A stretch of 64,000 nt of DNA from an uncultured cyanobacterium (GTDB lineage Bacteria > Cyanobacteriota > Cyanobacteriia > Cyanobacteriales > Nostocaceae), in the NCBI GenBank assembly GCA_963740315.1, contig CAVUDP010000001.1:1472001-1536000 (forward strand), read 5' to 3'. The translations under genes and the position numbers were made by a program. The notes beneath the pieces are model-generated. The model had not been told where the DNA came from, searched no databases, and saw only the letters and a program-made list of their open reading frames with translations. This document shows positions 32,999-43,279 of the stretch, in pieces (the first letter of the stretch is position 1; each line of letters begins with the position of its first letter).

Positions 32999-35721
32999 GC
33001 GTTCAATCAAAGATTGGTAAAAAAATAGTTGATAACGGTACGGTAACAGTACGTTTAACACCCTTAGAAGATGCTTTATCTTTAGTATCAATGCTACAGA
33101 TAAATCTCCAGGGACGCTCTGTTGGTGCTTACATTCTAAGAAAGGGTGCTAACAATTTTATGATTCACTTCGGTTTCGAGTGTGCGGGTATTCATTCAAC
33201 ATTACGGACAGAACAAATTTCGCCAGTATTTGATGCTATTGAGTCAGGGTTGAAAGATTTACCATCAGGGGAACGTTTAACAATTCATTTAAGCTCTTTT
33301 ACCGACGATAAACACAGACAGCAACAATTACAAAACTTAAGTAAAAACGCGCCGAGCTTAGAATTACAATACCTTTTAATGGGCGAACGCGCTCGCATCC
33401 AACAATTAACACAACAAGGCATCCGCAAACCAAAAACTTTACGTTTATACTGCACCTACACTATAGAACAAGACACTAACGGTGCAAGTGACGCTATTGA
33501 AAAAGGACTTTCCAAATTAGAGCGTTTATGGAAATCATTCACCGGAGAAATCAACGAGTTACAATTCGTTCGCATTGAGCGTTTACTATATTCTTCTTTT
33601 ACCGATGGTTTCCAACTTTGGGAGCAGCTACTTTCAAACAAGATGGGCTTGGATATCCGTCCTTTAGGTGCAGAAGAACTTTGGAAAATTTTGTGGCAGC
33701 GCTTTAACGACACCCTACCACGACCAATTCCCCAGCTTTTAGTTCTTAACGAAGACGGATTACATGAAGAAATTTATTCAGATATTGCCCCCAAATCTCT
33801 CTTAATGGAATCCGATTCTTCTGTTCCCATAGCAGATAAACGTTGGGTGCATCTTAAAAATAAGTATATAGGAGCGCTTACCTTTGTAGAAAAACCTGGC
33901 GGTTGGACTGATAAAGAACGACAAATGCAGTATCTATGGGAGGTGTTATCAAAAGAAAGAATTTACGACACAGAAATCTATTGTCAATTAATGCGTGCCA
34001 ATGAAACACTTGTAAAAACTAATATGCAGCGTCTTACAAAACAATCGAATACAAGTGCTGCTATTGCTCAACAAAAAAATTCGGTTGACGTAAAATCTCT
34101 ACTCAACATCAAAAAATCAATCGATGCACAGTCAGAACTCTACGAAGGAGCCGTCCCCATTCATACTGCGGTGGTATTTTTGGTTTATCGCAACACCCGC
34201 GAACAACTAGATGAAGCTTGTAGATATTTACAGTCTTCGTTTTTACGCCCCGCATGGGTGGTAAGAGAAACTGAATATCCCTGGCGGATTTGGCTACAAA
34301 CTTTACCTATCACCTGGGAACGTTTGATGACAGTTCCTTTTAATCGAAGACTGGTTTACCTGAGTGGGGAAGTACCAGGACTTTTACCCTTAGTCAGGAC
34401 AAGAAAAGGTGATGATGATGGTTTTGAATTAATTGCTTCTGCTGGGGGAACACCAGTATTTCTGAACCTATACACTCAACATAAAAACTTGGGGCTATTT
34501 GCTACCACCCGCGCCGGAAAAAGCGTACTTGCATCAGGTATTATAACCCAGGCTTTAGCTCATGGAATGCCCGTAGTTGCAATGGATTACCCGAAACCTG
34601 ATGGAACGAGTACCTTTACTGACTACACCAAATTTATGGGTGACGACGGTGCTTACTTCGACATCGGTAAGGAATCAAGTAATTTATTTGAACTGCCTAA
34701 CTTACGTTCTCTTCCACCAAAATTGCAGCAAGAAAGATTCTCTGATTACAAAGATTTTCTAGCAACAGCTTTACTAACAATGATTGTGGGTAGTCGTAGA
34801 GGTTCTAGTAGTGCAAACTCACAAATACTAACAGATACCGTGCGTTCTATCCTAGCGTTAGCATTGAAAGCTTTTTTTGAAGATGATTTAATACGGGATA
34901 GATACGCCGCAGCCTACGTTAACGGTTTTGGTTCACCAGAATGGTCTACAATGCCTACCCTGCATGACTTTTTAAGTTATTGCTCCCACTCTAGACTGCG
35001 ATTAGATTCGATGAGTGGTGACACCAAAGCTGCATTAGAGACGATTTTACTACGTTTGCGGTTTTGGCTTTCATCCCGAGTCGGACAATCCTTAGCTCAA
35101 CCTTCTACCTTTCGTAGCGATGCGCGGTTGCTAATTTTTGCATTGCGTAACCTTTCCAACGATGACGATGCTGCAATTTTAAGTTTGAGTGCTTACAGTG
35201 CTGCATTGCGACGAGCATTGTCAGAGAAAGCAAGCGTGTTCTTTATTGATGAAAGTCCCATCTTATTTGAGTACGATTCGATTGCAGCATTGGTTGGAAG
35301 ATTATGTGCCAACGGAGCAAAAGCAGGAATAAGAGTAATATTATCAGCCCAAGACCCGGAAAGTATTGCTCAGTCTCCGTCGGGAGCTAAGATATTTCAG
35401 AATTTAACTACTCGTTTAATTGGACGTATTCAACCCAATGCTGTTGATAGTTTTACTTCAATTTTAAAGTATCCACAATCGATAATTGCTTGTAATGCAA
35501 CAGAAAGTTTTTTTCCTAAGAAGGAAGGATTTTATTCTCAATGGTTATTAGATGATAACGGGATTTTTACAGGCACTCGTTATTATCCACCATTTAATTT
35601 ACTAGCAATAGTAGCTAATAATCCCATAGAGCAGGAGTACAGAACTGCTGCGATGTCGAAATATCCAGATAAATTTGTAGCTGTCACTGAATTCTCGAAA
35701 CAATTGTTAACAGCCCTATAA
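32995..35721 (+). CDS. virB4: VirB4-like T4SS ATPase
   Basis: 908 aa, Walker A ATTRAGKS, Walker B FFIDES, GAKAGIRVILSAQ. Confidence 0.85.
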   Translation: MSVQSKIGKKIVDNGTVTVRLTPLEDALSLVSMLQINLQGRSVGAYILRKGANNFMIHFGFECAGIHSTLRTEQISPVFDAIESGLKDLPSGERLTIHLSSFTDDKHRQQQLQNLSKNAPSLELQYLLMGERARIQQLTQQGIRKPKTLRLYCTYTIEQDTNGASDAIEKGLSKLERLWKSFTGEINELQFVRIERLLYSSFTDGFQLWEQLLSNKMGLDIRPLGAEELWKILWQRFNDTLPRPIPQLLVLNEDGLHEEIYSDIAPKSLLMESDSSVPIADKRWVHLKNKYIGALTFVEKPGGWTDKERQMQYLWEVLSKERIYDTEIYCQLMRANETLVKTNMQRLTKQSNTSAAIAQQKNSVDVKSLLNIKKSIDAQSELYEGAVPIHTAVVFLVYRNTREQLDEACRYLQSSFLRPAWVVRETEYPWRIWLQTLPITWERLMTVPFNRRLVYLSGEVPGLLPLVRTRKGDDDGFELIASAGGTPVFLNLYTQHKNLGLFATTRAGKSVLASGIITQALAHGMPVVAMDYPKPDGTSTFTDYTKFMGDDGAYFDIGKESSNLFELPNLRSLPPKLQQERFSDYKDFLATALLTMIVGSRRGSSSANSQILTDTVRSILALALKAFFEDDLIRDRYAAAYVNGFGSPEWSTMPTLHDFLSYCSHSRLRLDSMSGDTKAALETILLRLRFWLSSRVGQSLAQPSTFRSDARLLIFALRNLSNDDDAAILSLSAYSAALRRALSEKASVFFIDESPILFEYDSIAALVGRLCANGAKAGIRVILSAQDPESIAQSPSGAKIFQNLTTRLIGRIQPNAVDSFTSILKYPQSIIACNATESFFPKKEGFYSQWLLDDNGIFTGTRYYPPFNLLAIVANNPIEQEYRTAAMSKYPDKFVAVTEFSKQLLTAL

Positions 35722-35738
35722 ATCTACAAAGGTTAATT

Positions 35739-36449
35739 ATGAAAAAAAGAAAACTAGTATTTTTTGGATTAGGAGGAGCAATTGTTATTTCTATCTTAGG
35801 AATAAGCCACGCGAGCGCTTCATCAATACCATTTATTTTCAATACTATTAATCAATTAAAACAGGAGTTAAATTCAATAGATAACTATGTTGAATCCGTA
35901 CTCGAAAGTAAATTAGAACCTTTAGCTTCATCTTTAGGAAAAGATGTAGAAGCAGCTATTAATGAAACGCTTGGTGTATTGGGTTTACCGGACGCTATAG
36001 AAGCTCGCACAGAAGTTGAAAAAATAGCAGCAAGTTCAGATACTGCAATTAATACCGTAGAACAAGCAACAAATGAAGTTGACCGTCAAATTACTCGTGC
36101 TGTTGTAGATAGTACTTTAAGTAAAAATGGTCAAAATTTGACCAGCGAAGAAGTTGAAAAAACCCAAAATTCTATTGAACGAGTTCAAGTTTACTCAGCC
36201 GCAGCGCAAGACGAGGTAGTAACACAAAATGTGATGAAGCGAATCGCTCAACAGAATACATCAACCGCAGCGATTTTAGGAGCAATGCGGGCAGACGGAT
36301 TGAAATCGAAACAATCGCAAGATTTAGCGAATCTTAACTTGACTAATATTTCAAGGTCTTTAGATGGTCAAAACCAAGCACGTCAAAAAGAAATTGTAGG
36401 ACAAGGTTTTAGCAATCTACGTACAGCGTCACAAGCACGTTTGTTTTAG
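35739..36449 (+). CDS. Exported helical T4SS component (VirB5-like position)
   Basis: Signal peptide, Q/N-rich helical body, operon position. Confidence 0.55.
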   Translation: MKKRKLVFFGLGGAIVISILGISHASASSIPFIFNTINQLKQELNSIDNYVESVLESKLEPLASSLGKDVEAAINETLGVLGLPDAIEARTEVEKIAASSDTAINTVEQATNEVDRQITRAVVDSTLSKNGQNLTSEEVEKTQNSIERVQVYSAAAQDEVVTQNVMKRIAQQNTSTAAILGAMRADGLKSKQSQDLANLNLTNISRSLDGQNQARQKEIVGQGFSNLRTASQARLF

Positions 36450-36466
36450 GAGGATTTGCATCGTTT

Positions 36467-37485
36467 ATGTCATTCCTATTGCTGCATTGGGGAATCATTC
36501 TTGCTCAAGTCGAGAATCCCAATCCTGGGCAAGCAGCGTCCACAATCACAGAAGATGGAATTGCCGCGAGTGAAGCTGTTGCTCAGTCAGTGGACAAGCT
36601 GTGGGATGACGTACTTGGTGGGGGATTGTATAGTGCGATCGCCAATCTCGGAATTTTCTTTGCTGTCGGAACTCTGTTGATTTTCATGGTGCAGTGGACG
36701 AGAGAAATGGTAGATGGTGATAACAGCAAAGCTTTCTCAGAAATCATCTGGCCGTTAGTCGTAATAGTTTTACTCGCCAATAACGCTCTTCTGTTGTCAG
36801 AAGCCACTCTTGGCATACGGACTATTATCAATCAAACAAATCAAACACTTTTAGAAACTACATCTGCTTCTATTGGGTTACAGGAAGCCTATCAAAGAGT
36901 AATGCTCAAAAATGGTTCTTCTGAGGCAATAAGAACTTTAATTACTCAATGTAACGCCATAGCCAATCCTACACAACAAACTGAATGTTTACAAAATGCC
37001 CAGAAACAAGCGCAACAAATCGAATCCCAAATTGATAATAACAATTCCAATTTTCTTGAAGGTATCAATGATTTTTTCAACACTAATATATTTCAATTAA
37101 CAGTAAGAGGATTGTTATTAGCTTTTAGTATTGCCTTTCAATGGATTGTAGAAGTTTCTATGTTATTGACAGCACTACTCGGACCTCAAGAGTCGGAGGC
37201 TCATTATTACCTGTAGGAAATAAAGCTATTTTTGCATGGTTGACGGGTTTCTTCTCTGTAGGCATGGTAAAGCTTTGTTTCAATATCATTTCTGGTTTAG
37301 TTGCAACGTTAGTTATGAATGCCGATAATAATGACCCGATGATTTTCGCTTTTGCAATTGGTATTCTTGCTCCAATTCTATCTGTTGTATTAGCTGTTGG
37401 TGGAGGTATGGCAGTTTTGAGTAGTTTTTCAAGTATTTCAAGTTTAGGGCTTTCTTCTATTGTGACTGGATTTATAAAAAAATAG
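36467..37485 (+). pseudogene. VirB6-like polytopic T4SS protein, frameshifted near 37190
   Basis: ORFs 36467 and 37141 join at LLTALLGP / VGGSLLPVG; span 1019 nt = 3n+2. Confidence 0.7.
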
Positions 37486-37504
37486 AGCAGTAATAGGTCA
37501 GTAT

Positions 37505-38299
37505 ATGGCGATTAATAAAAACTTAAATTCTCAAACTGAAGACAGACGCTTAAAATTTTTAACTCGAACTACAACTCGTTTTTCTAGAAGTGATATTTTA
37601 GCATTATTTACAGTAGGCACTTTCTTACTACATCTTCTAGCTTTTGTAATCTTATTTTTGTTATATGGTTCCTATTCGCAATTGAGTAAAAAAGCACCTC
37701 CAACTTTAGTACAATTAGAAAGCGGTAAATCAATTAAAGTTGCTCAATTAGGAAGTCTAGAACGTACACCACAAGTCGTATTACGCTTTGTTTCCGATAC
37801 AATGAGTTTAATGATGAATTGGTCGGGGAATCTACCGGCTACAACTGTTGAAGATGCTTACGAACCAAAACCCGACAGTGGTGTAGATATTCGCTCAATT
37901 AGTAATAGTAGAGGCAAAGTAACACAAGGAGCATGGCAAGCATCCTACGCTTTATCTTCAGATTTTCGCTCCCAGTTTTTAGAATTAGTTGCTGATATCA
38001 CACCTTCGGGAGTATTTAAAGGAAGAACACAAGTAGTTTTTGTTCCGCAATATTTTCAAAAACCAGTGAAAATAGCTGAAGGTAAATGGAAAGTAAGAAT
38101 GATTGCTAACCTTACCATGTTTGAACAAAGTAATAAGTTAGGAGAAGTGATTCCTTTTAATAAAGAAATATTTGTCCGAGCGGTAGAAGCACCTTCATCT
38201 CCGTCGAAAAATGATGAACTTGCCTTCTTAGTTTATCAAGTACGTTCTAGCGGTTTAGAAATTTATGCAATACGAGATTTACCACAGGATAATTTATGA
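37505..38299 (+). CDS. VirB8-like T4SS protein
   Basis: Single N-terminal TM followed by a periplasmic domain; operon position. Confidence 0.55.
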   Translation: MAINKNLNSQTEDRRLKFLTRTTTRFSRSDILALFTVGTFLLHLLAFVILFLLYGSYSQLSKKAPPTLVQLESGKSIKVAQLGSLERTPQVVLRFVSDTMSLMMNWSGNLPATTVEDAYEPKPDSGVDIRSISNSRGKVTQGAWQASYALSSDFRSQFLELVADITPSGVFKGRTQVVFVPQYFQKPVKIAEGKWKVRMIANLTMFEQSNKLGEVIPFNKEIFVRAVEAPSSPSKNDELAFLVYQVRSSGLEIYAIRDLPQDNL

Positions 38300-40128
38300 A
38301 TGATAATTTAAATCCGAGTGAAAACGTTGTTTCTGAAAAACACCAACAACCTTTACAGGAATCTGAAACTAATTGGAATGAAGAAAGTTTAGCTAAATTG
38401 CTTGGTTATGATGATTCTGAGAATAAAGATAATACTGTCTCTGAAACTGAGATAGAAACGATTGATGAAGAGGAGCCAACAAGCAATAACGAACAAGAGA
38501 AAAGCGATGGAGATGTTAGTGATTCAAATAATAATGTAGTTGATACTCATGAATTATTTGATGACCCACATGATGGTAAAACTCAACCAACTTTTGCAAC
38601 TAATCCTTTCGCTAAGTTTGGTGCAGTAGGCTTTATATTACTAGTTGTGTTTGGTACGGGGGCCACTTTCCTCAATACTATTATTTCTGGTAAACCGAGA
38701 ACTGCACCCATTGTTGCAGATAACAAAACTGAAAAACCGAGAGTGCTTTTTAAAGAAAATACTAAACCAATAGAAAACGAAAATGGGAAATTAAAAGCCG
38801 AATTAGCATTATCAACTCAAAGAGAGAAAATTAAATCTGTCTCCTCAGAATCAGAAAATACTAAAATGCCCATTCCAAAAACGGATTCTCAAACTCCACA
38901 AAAATTGAACGAAGATAATATTAAAACTCCTCAGAAAAACATAGCTTCGGAGCAAAGACCACCATTTGTAAGTAGACCACCTGTTTATAGAACAATTTCT
39001 CGTCCTCCAATACGACAGAATTATTATCCTGCACCAAGATATAACAGGATGGATAGAGTGTTACCTCCCGCTTCTCCCAAAGCTACAATCAACCCCAATC
39101 CACCACTAATAAATTCTCCTATAAGAAGAATATCACCACCACCTAACCGTGATTTACCATCTGAAATAGACCCAACACAGCAATGGTTAGCTGTAAATCA
39201 ATTAGGTAGTTATGGTACTGCACAAATTACACCTTTTAATGAAGAGAAGAACAAACAAAAAAGTCAGGAGGAAGTTAAACCCGCAGTACATGAAGAACCA
39301 GTTTTACCCAAAACAATACCATCAGCGACAGCTTTAGTAGTTAGCCAAAAAGCAGAAAATACAACTTATCCTAAACCACTTTATAGAGAAGAAGCTCGAA
39401 TTTTGAACGCTTCTTGCCTCTCTTGGGAAAGCTGTCATATACCAAAACAAACCGTAAAGCAATTAAAAATAGGTTCTACTATAGCTGGAAAATTAACTAC
39501 ACCATTGATTTGGGATAAACATTTAACCTCGAATACAAATCCCAAGCAATCAAACTTTAATCAAAAAGAAAAATTTATTATCCAAACTACCGAACCACTT
39601 AAAGATAAAAATGGTTCTATCATCATTCCTAAAAATACTCAGATTGTTGCAATTATACAAAACATTCAAGAATCTGGATTAGTACAACTTCAAGCAGCGC
39701 AGATTGTTATTGATGGCAAACAATACATCCTTCCTCAACAAGCAATTAGTATTCGTGGAAATTCGGGTAAACCTTTGGTAGCATCTAAACGAGGTAATAA
39801 AGGCGACGATATTGCTACACAGGATGCAGAAACGTTTGTAGTTGGTTCTCTTGCCAAAGTAGGTAAAGTACTCAATCAACCCAAATCCGAGCAATTCTCT
39901 ACGAATAATGGTTTTGGCGGTAACAGTAGTTTTTCTTCCATTAGACGAGGTAATTCTAATATATTAGGTGCTGTTTTAGAAGGTGGGTTTGAACCACTTA
40001 CCGAGCAGATTAAAGAGCGAAATAAACGAAAAATATCAGAAATTAAACAGCAAAAAAAAGTTTGGTATGTTCCGGCTAATACGCAAGTACAGATATTTGT
40101 AAACCAATCTTTTGAATTTAGCGATTAA
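38296..40128 (+). CDS. TrbI/VirB10-like T4SS protein
   Basis: Acidic N-terminus, TM, Pro-rich linker, C-terminal beta domain (IIIPKNTQIVA, WYVPANTQVQIFVNQ). Confidence 0.75.
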   Translation: MNDNLNPSENVVSEKHQQPLQESETNWNEESLAKLLGYDDSENKDNTVSETEIETIDEEEPTSNNEQEKSDGDVSDSNNNVVDTHELFDDPHDGKTQPTFATNPFAKFGAVGFILLVVFGTGATFLNTIISGKPRTAPIVADNKTEKPRVLFKENTKPIENENGKLKAELALSTQREKIKSVSSESENTKMPIPKTDSQTPQKLNEDNIKTPQKNIASEQRPPFVSRPPVYRTISRPPIRQNYYPAPRYNRMDRVLPPASPKATINPNPPLINSPIRRISPPPNRDLPSEIDPTQQWLAVNQLGSYGTAQITPFNEEKNKQKSQEEVKPAVHEEPVLPKTIPSATALVVSQKAENTTYPKPLYREEARILNASCLSWESCHIPKQTVKQLKIGSTIAGKLTTPLIWDKHLTSNTNPKQSNFNQKEKFIIQTTEPLKDKNGSIIIPKNTQIVAIIQNIQESGLVQLQAAQIVIDGKQYILPQQAISIRGNSGKPLVASKRGNKGDDIATQDAETFVVGSLAKVGKVLNQPKSEQFSTNNGFGGNSSFSSIRRGNSNILGAVLEGGFEPLTEQIKERNKRKISEIKQQKKVWYVPANTQVQIFVNQSFEFSD

Positions 40129-40874
40129 TGAAAAATATTATACAAAAGGCTGCTGCAACTTCTATATTTACCGTAATCAGCTTTACTAGTATTTCCATGA
40201 AAGTAATAGCTGGTGAAATGAAAAACGGTGTAAAGCGAATAAGCAGTATAGTTGCGACTGGAAATAGTGAAAGTGAAATACCGCTAATTAAATTATCTCC
40301 TGGATATGGAGTTAATATTTCATTTATACCTACTGGTGAAACAGTACAGAAAGTATGGCTAGATAATCCTTCTATTGCTTCTTTAGATGTAGATGGTTGC
40401 TTATCTGGTTTAGGTAAAGATTGTGATGCAGAGACTGGTGCAACCGTATTACATTTACGACGAATTAAACCGTTGAATTTTAAGCAGTTACCTTCATCTA
40501 ATAGCAGCTTATTGACGGTAGTAGCAAAAAGTAAAAATAAGCGGCGGGTTTATTTGTTTCGGATAGCAATGGGAGGTACAACACCCAAATTCCATACAAT
40601 TGAGATTACACCAACTCAAGAAGAGTTTAATACTGATAGATTTCTGATTACAGATATTAAGAATTTACAGCTAATCAGTCGAGGACTTATTGTTGCCCAG
40701 CAACAGCGTCTAATCTCTAAAGAATCTCGCTTAGTGAGGAGAATTGAAAACTTTGTGGTTTCGGTAAAAGCAGGAGAACAAATAAATAATGCTGCTCTTA
40801 AAAGTGGGATTTCTATGCAGTTAGTTAATCGCTTAATGGAACTAGGGAATGAAAGTTATGAAATTATTAAATAA
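40128..40874 (+). CDS. VirB9-like exported T4SS protein
   Basis: Signal peptide, IKLSPGYGVNISF..GETVQKVWLD. Confidence 0.55.
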   Translation: MKNIIQKAAATSIFTVISFTSISMKVIAGEMKNGVKRISSIVATGNSESEIPLIKLSPGYGVNISFIPTGETVQKVWLDNPSIASLDVDGCLSGLGKDCDAETGATVLHLRRIKPLNFKQLPSSNSSLLTVVAKSKNKRRVYLFRIAMGGTTPKFHTIEITPTQEEFNTDRFLITDIKNLQLISRGLIVAQQQRLISKESRLVRRIENFVVSVKAGEQINNAALKSGISMQLVNRLMELGNESYEIIK

Positions 40875-42708
40875 AAAATTTAGTTTAATATCTGCTATAG
40901 GTTTATCAATAATCATGGGCAGTGCAATCATTGTGTCATCGCAGGCTCAAGATTTACCTTTAACCACACAAACTCAAATACAAACAGTTGATTGGCAGAA
41001 TACTCGTATACCAGATTGGAATCAAATCACTTTTTCTACAATGCCTTCTATTAATACTGATGGTTCATTCCAAACACCTCCAGGTGTTGAAGACAAGTTA
41101 GGTTACAATCCCAATCGCAATTGGGAAAAAGGACGAAACGTTGCACAATTCATGATGCTAGGGGATTTTCAGGACTCTTTTGAGTTACAAAAGTTTTCGC
41201 TGGCTGATATTTCTCAAATTATTAAGTCAGATTTGAGCAAAGTTAATTTAGAAAAATTTGGCGTAATAAAACTACAAACTTTGAGTAGTTTAGTTTCTGC
41301 AATTCCCGAGTTAGAAAACATTCCTATTCGTGAAGTTAAGCCCATAGAGTATTTACTTTCTCAAAATTTATCTAGCTCACTAGATGGAAATCAAACGATA
41401 GGTAATTTATTAGAGCGATCGCCACATTTAAGTAAATTAGATTTTTCTGAAATTGATTTGGAGAATTATAATATTGATTCCATACCTGGACTATCTTCAA
41501 CTCCGATTGAAGAATTTGAAAAATGGCAAGGAGCTTACATTGATTCTGTTCCAGGTTTGGAGTCGGTTCCTTTTTCCCAATTCCCTAATCCCATAAACGC
41601 TATAGGTGGAGAAGTCGGAATTGTTGACGTTGCTTTTGGAACTGACGAACAACTACGACAACGAACAATTTCTGGAAGTAAACAGGAAGGTTTTGCCGTA
41701 TTTTGTAAACAAGATTGCGCTCATGTAGAACTATCTGGCTCCAACACTGTTAAAGGTAAAGCCTGGGTTAGCGGTAAATATCAGTTAGTCAAAGGTGGAA
41801 GAGGGATTCTTGGTTCTGTAAATGGCGGAAAAGAACCTACAGGTAGGCATTTATTTGGTGATGCTTTTAAGGTAGCAATTTGGGATGTATCGGAGGTCGA
41901 TGGAATGATATCTCAGGCTTTATTTTTCCGGATTTGTATGCGAAACAATTTTATAGATTTGGGATGTACACCCTATTTCATCGGTCCAGTTCCGTTTATG
42001 ACTTATCGAGAGAAGGACGCGATATTTTTAGGTTTGATAAATGGGGGTGGAGAAAATTCTACTTCTACTCCTACGGGTTTGAAAAGCAGCGGATTCACTT
42101 TCAATAATTCTCCCATAACTTCAAGTAGTAATTCATCCAATTTATTACCACCAAGCAAAGGTAGTTGTGGTAAGCGACATTCCAAGGGTACAAATATTGA
42201 TGCTTTGGGTACCGCTCTCTCTGATATTAAAGATAATTACGATTCGGTAGGTAATTATGTTTGTGATGGTAAGGGTAATTGCGGTCGCTCTCTAGGAGCG
42301 ATGCAATTTATGTCATTTCGTCCTGATGTAAGAAAGATTATTGAAAATAAATCTGGTGGAGTAGAATTTCTTACCAGACTAGATAAAGGTGAAGAAGTTA
42401 CGGGTGAAGAAATGGTGCAGTATTTTTCTCCTACAGAACAACAGAATTTAATTGCATTCGATACGAATCAATTATTAAATAAAGCATCAAAACAAATTGA
42501 CCCAACTACAGGAAAAGCTTTTACAGGTGAAAGGTTAATTAAGCGTGCTGGTCAAATGCATTTTGGCGGTGTATATATTCCAATTGATTCAGAAGTTAGT
42601 AATGTTAACAAGAGCGATTCTGTTAAGAGACATGGTATTGCAGTTGTAGATGGATATAGAAAAGCGATGGAAGCAATGGGTTGTGTTGAGAATGCAAAAA
42701 AAGATTAA
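40849..42708 (+). CDS. Exported T4SS-associated protein with possible lysozyme-like C-terminal domain
   Basis: Signal peptide, IPGL-type repeats, C-terminal NYDSVG..C....CGRSLGAMQFM. Confidence 0.55.
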   Translation: MKVMKLLNKKFSLISAIGLSIIMGSAIIVSSQAQDLPLTTQTQIQTVDWQNTRIPDWNQITFSTMPSINTDGSFQTPPGVEDKLGYNPNRNWEKGRNVAQFMMLGDFQDSFELQKFSLADISQIIKSDLSKVNLEKFGVIKLQTLSSLVSAIPELENIPIREVKPIEYLLSQNLSSSLDGNQTIGNLLERSPHLSKLDFSEIDLENYNIDSIPGLSSTPIEEFEKWQGAYIDSVPGLESVPFSQFPNPINAIGGEVGIVDVAFGTDEQLRQRTISGSKQEGFAVFCKQDCAHVELSGSNTVKGKAWVSGKYQLVKGGRGILGSVNGGKEPTGRHLFGDAFKVAIWDVSEVDGMISQALFFRICMRNNFIDLGCTPYFIGPVPFMTYREKDAIFLGLINGGGENSTSTPTGLKSSGFTFNNSPITSSSNSSNLLPPSKGSCGKRHSKGTNIDALGTALSDIKDNYDSVGNYVCDGKGNCGRSLGAMQFMSFRPDVRKIIENKSGGVEFLTRLDKGEEVTGEEMVQYFSPTEQQNLIAFDTNQLLNKASKQIDPTTGKAFTGERLIKRAGQMHFGGVYIPIDSEVSNVNKSDSVKRHGIAVVDGYRKAMEAMGCVENAKKD

Positions 42709-42723
42709 TAAATAAATGTAATT

Positions 42724-43272
42724 ATGAAAAAAGAATTGCGTTATAAAATTATTCATTTTCAAATATTGTTTATACTCCTGTCGTGTGTATCAATTGCTAT
42801 CTTCGTATGGATGTTAAACAGATCATCATCTAATAAGAAAACAAACAAAATTGAATATTCTTGGCAAAATGCTGTTGACATTGTTCCTCAACCTTTATTC
42901 ACAAAAGTCTTATCTTCTTTCTCAAAAACTAAACTAGATAAAAAATCTATCAAAGTTTTAAAGATACCATCAACTGGTGCCGGAATATTATTTATATTTG
43001 ATTTTCGTTCTTCTCAACTTTGTGGTATTGAGGGATGTTTATACCAGGTTTATCATGAGTCGGGGAAACGTTTTTTAGAAATAATTGCTAATCCGCAGTT
43101 ACCACCCTCTCAACAGTTAATTAAAGTTGAGAATGACAGCTTTGAACCTTTCCCTTGCATTACCTTTTCTCAACAAACAACCATGAAATATATGGTATCT
43201 AAAAATAAATACTGCTTTGATACTGGTAGATATACGCACTTCTATGAAACTTGGACAACCATAGATCAATAA
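42724..43272 (+). CDS. Membrane-anchored hypothetical protein
   Basis: N-terminal TM, LCGIEGC motif, in the operon. Confidence 0.6.
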   Translation: MKKELRYKIIHFQILFILLSCVSIAIFVWMLNRSSSNKKTNKIEYSWQNAVDIVPQPLFTKVLSSFSKTKLDKKSIKVLKIPSTGAGILFIFDFRSSQLCGIEGCLYQVYHESGKRFLEIIANPQLPPSQQLIKVENDSFEPFPCITFSQQTTMKYMVSKNKYCFDTGRYTHFYETWTTIDQ

Positions 43273-43279
43273 GCGAAAA

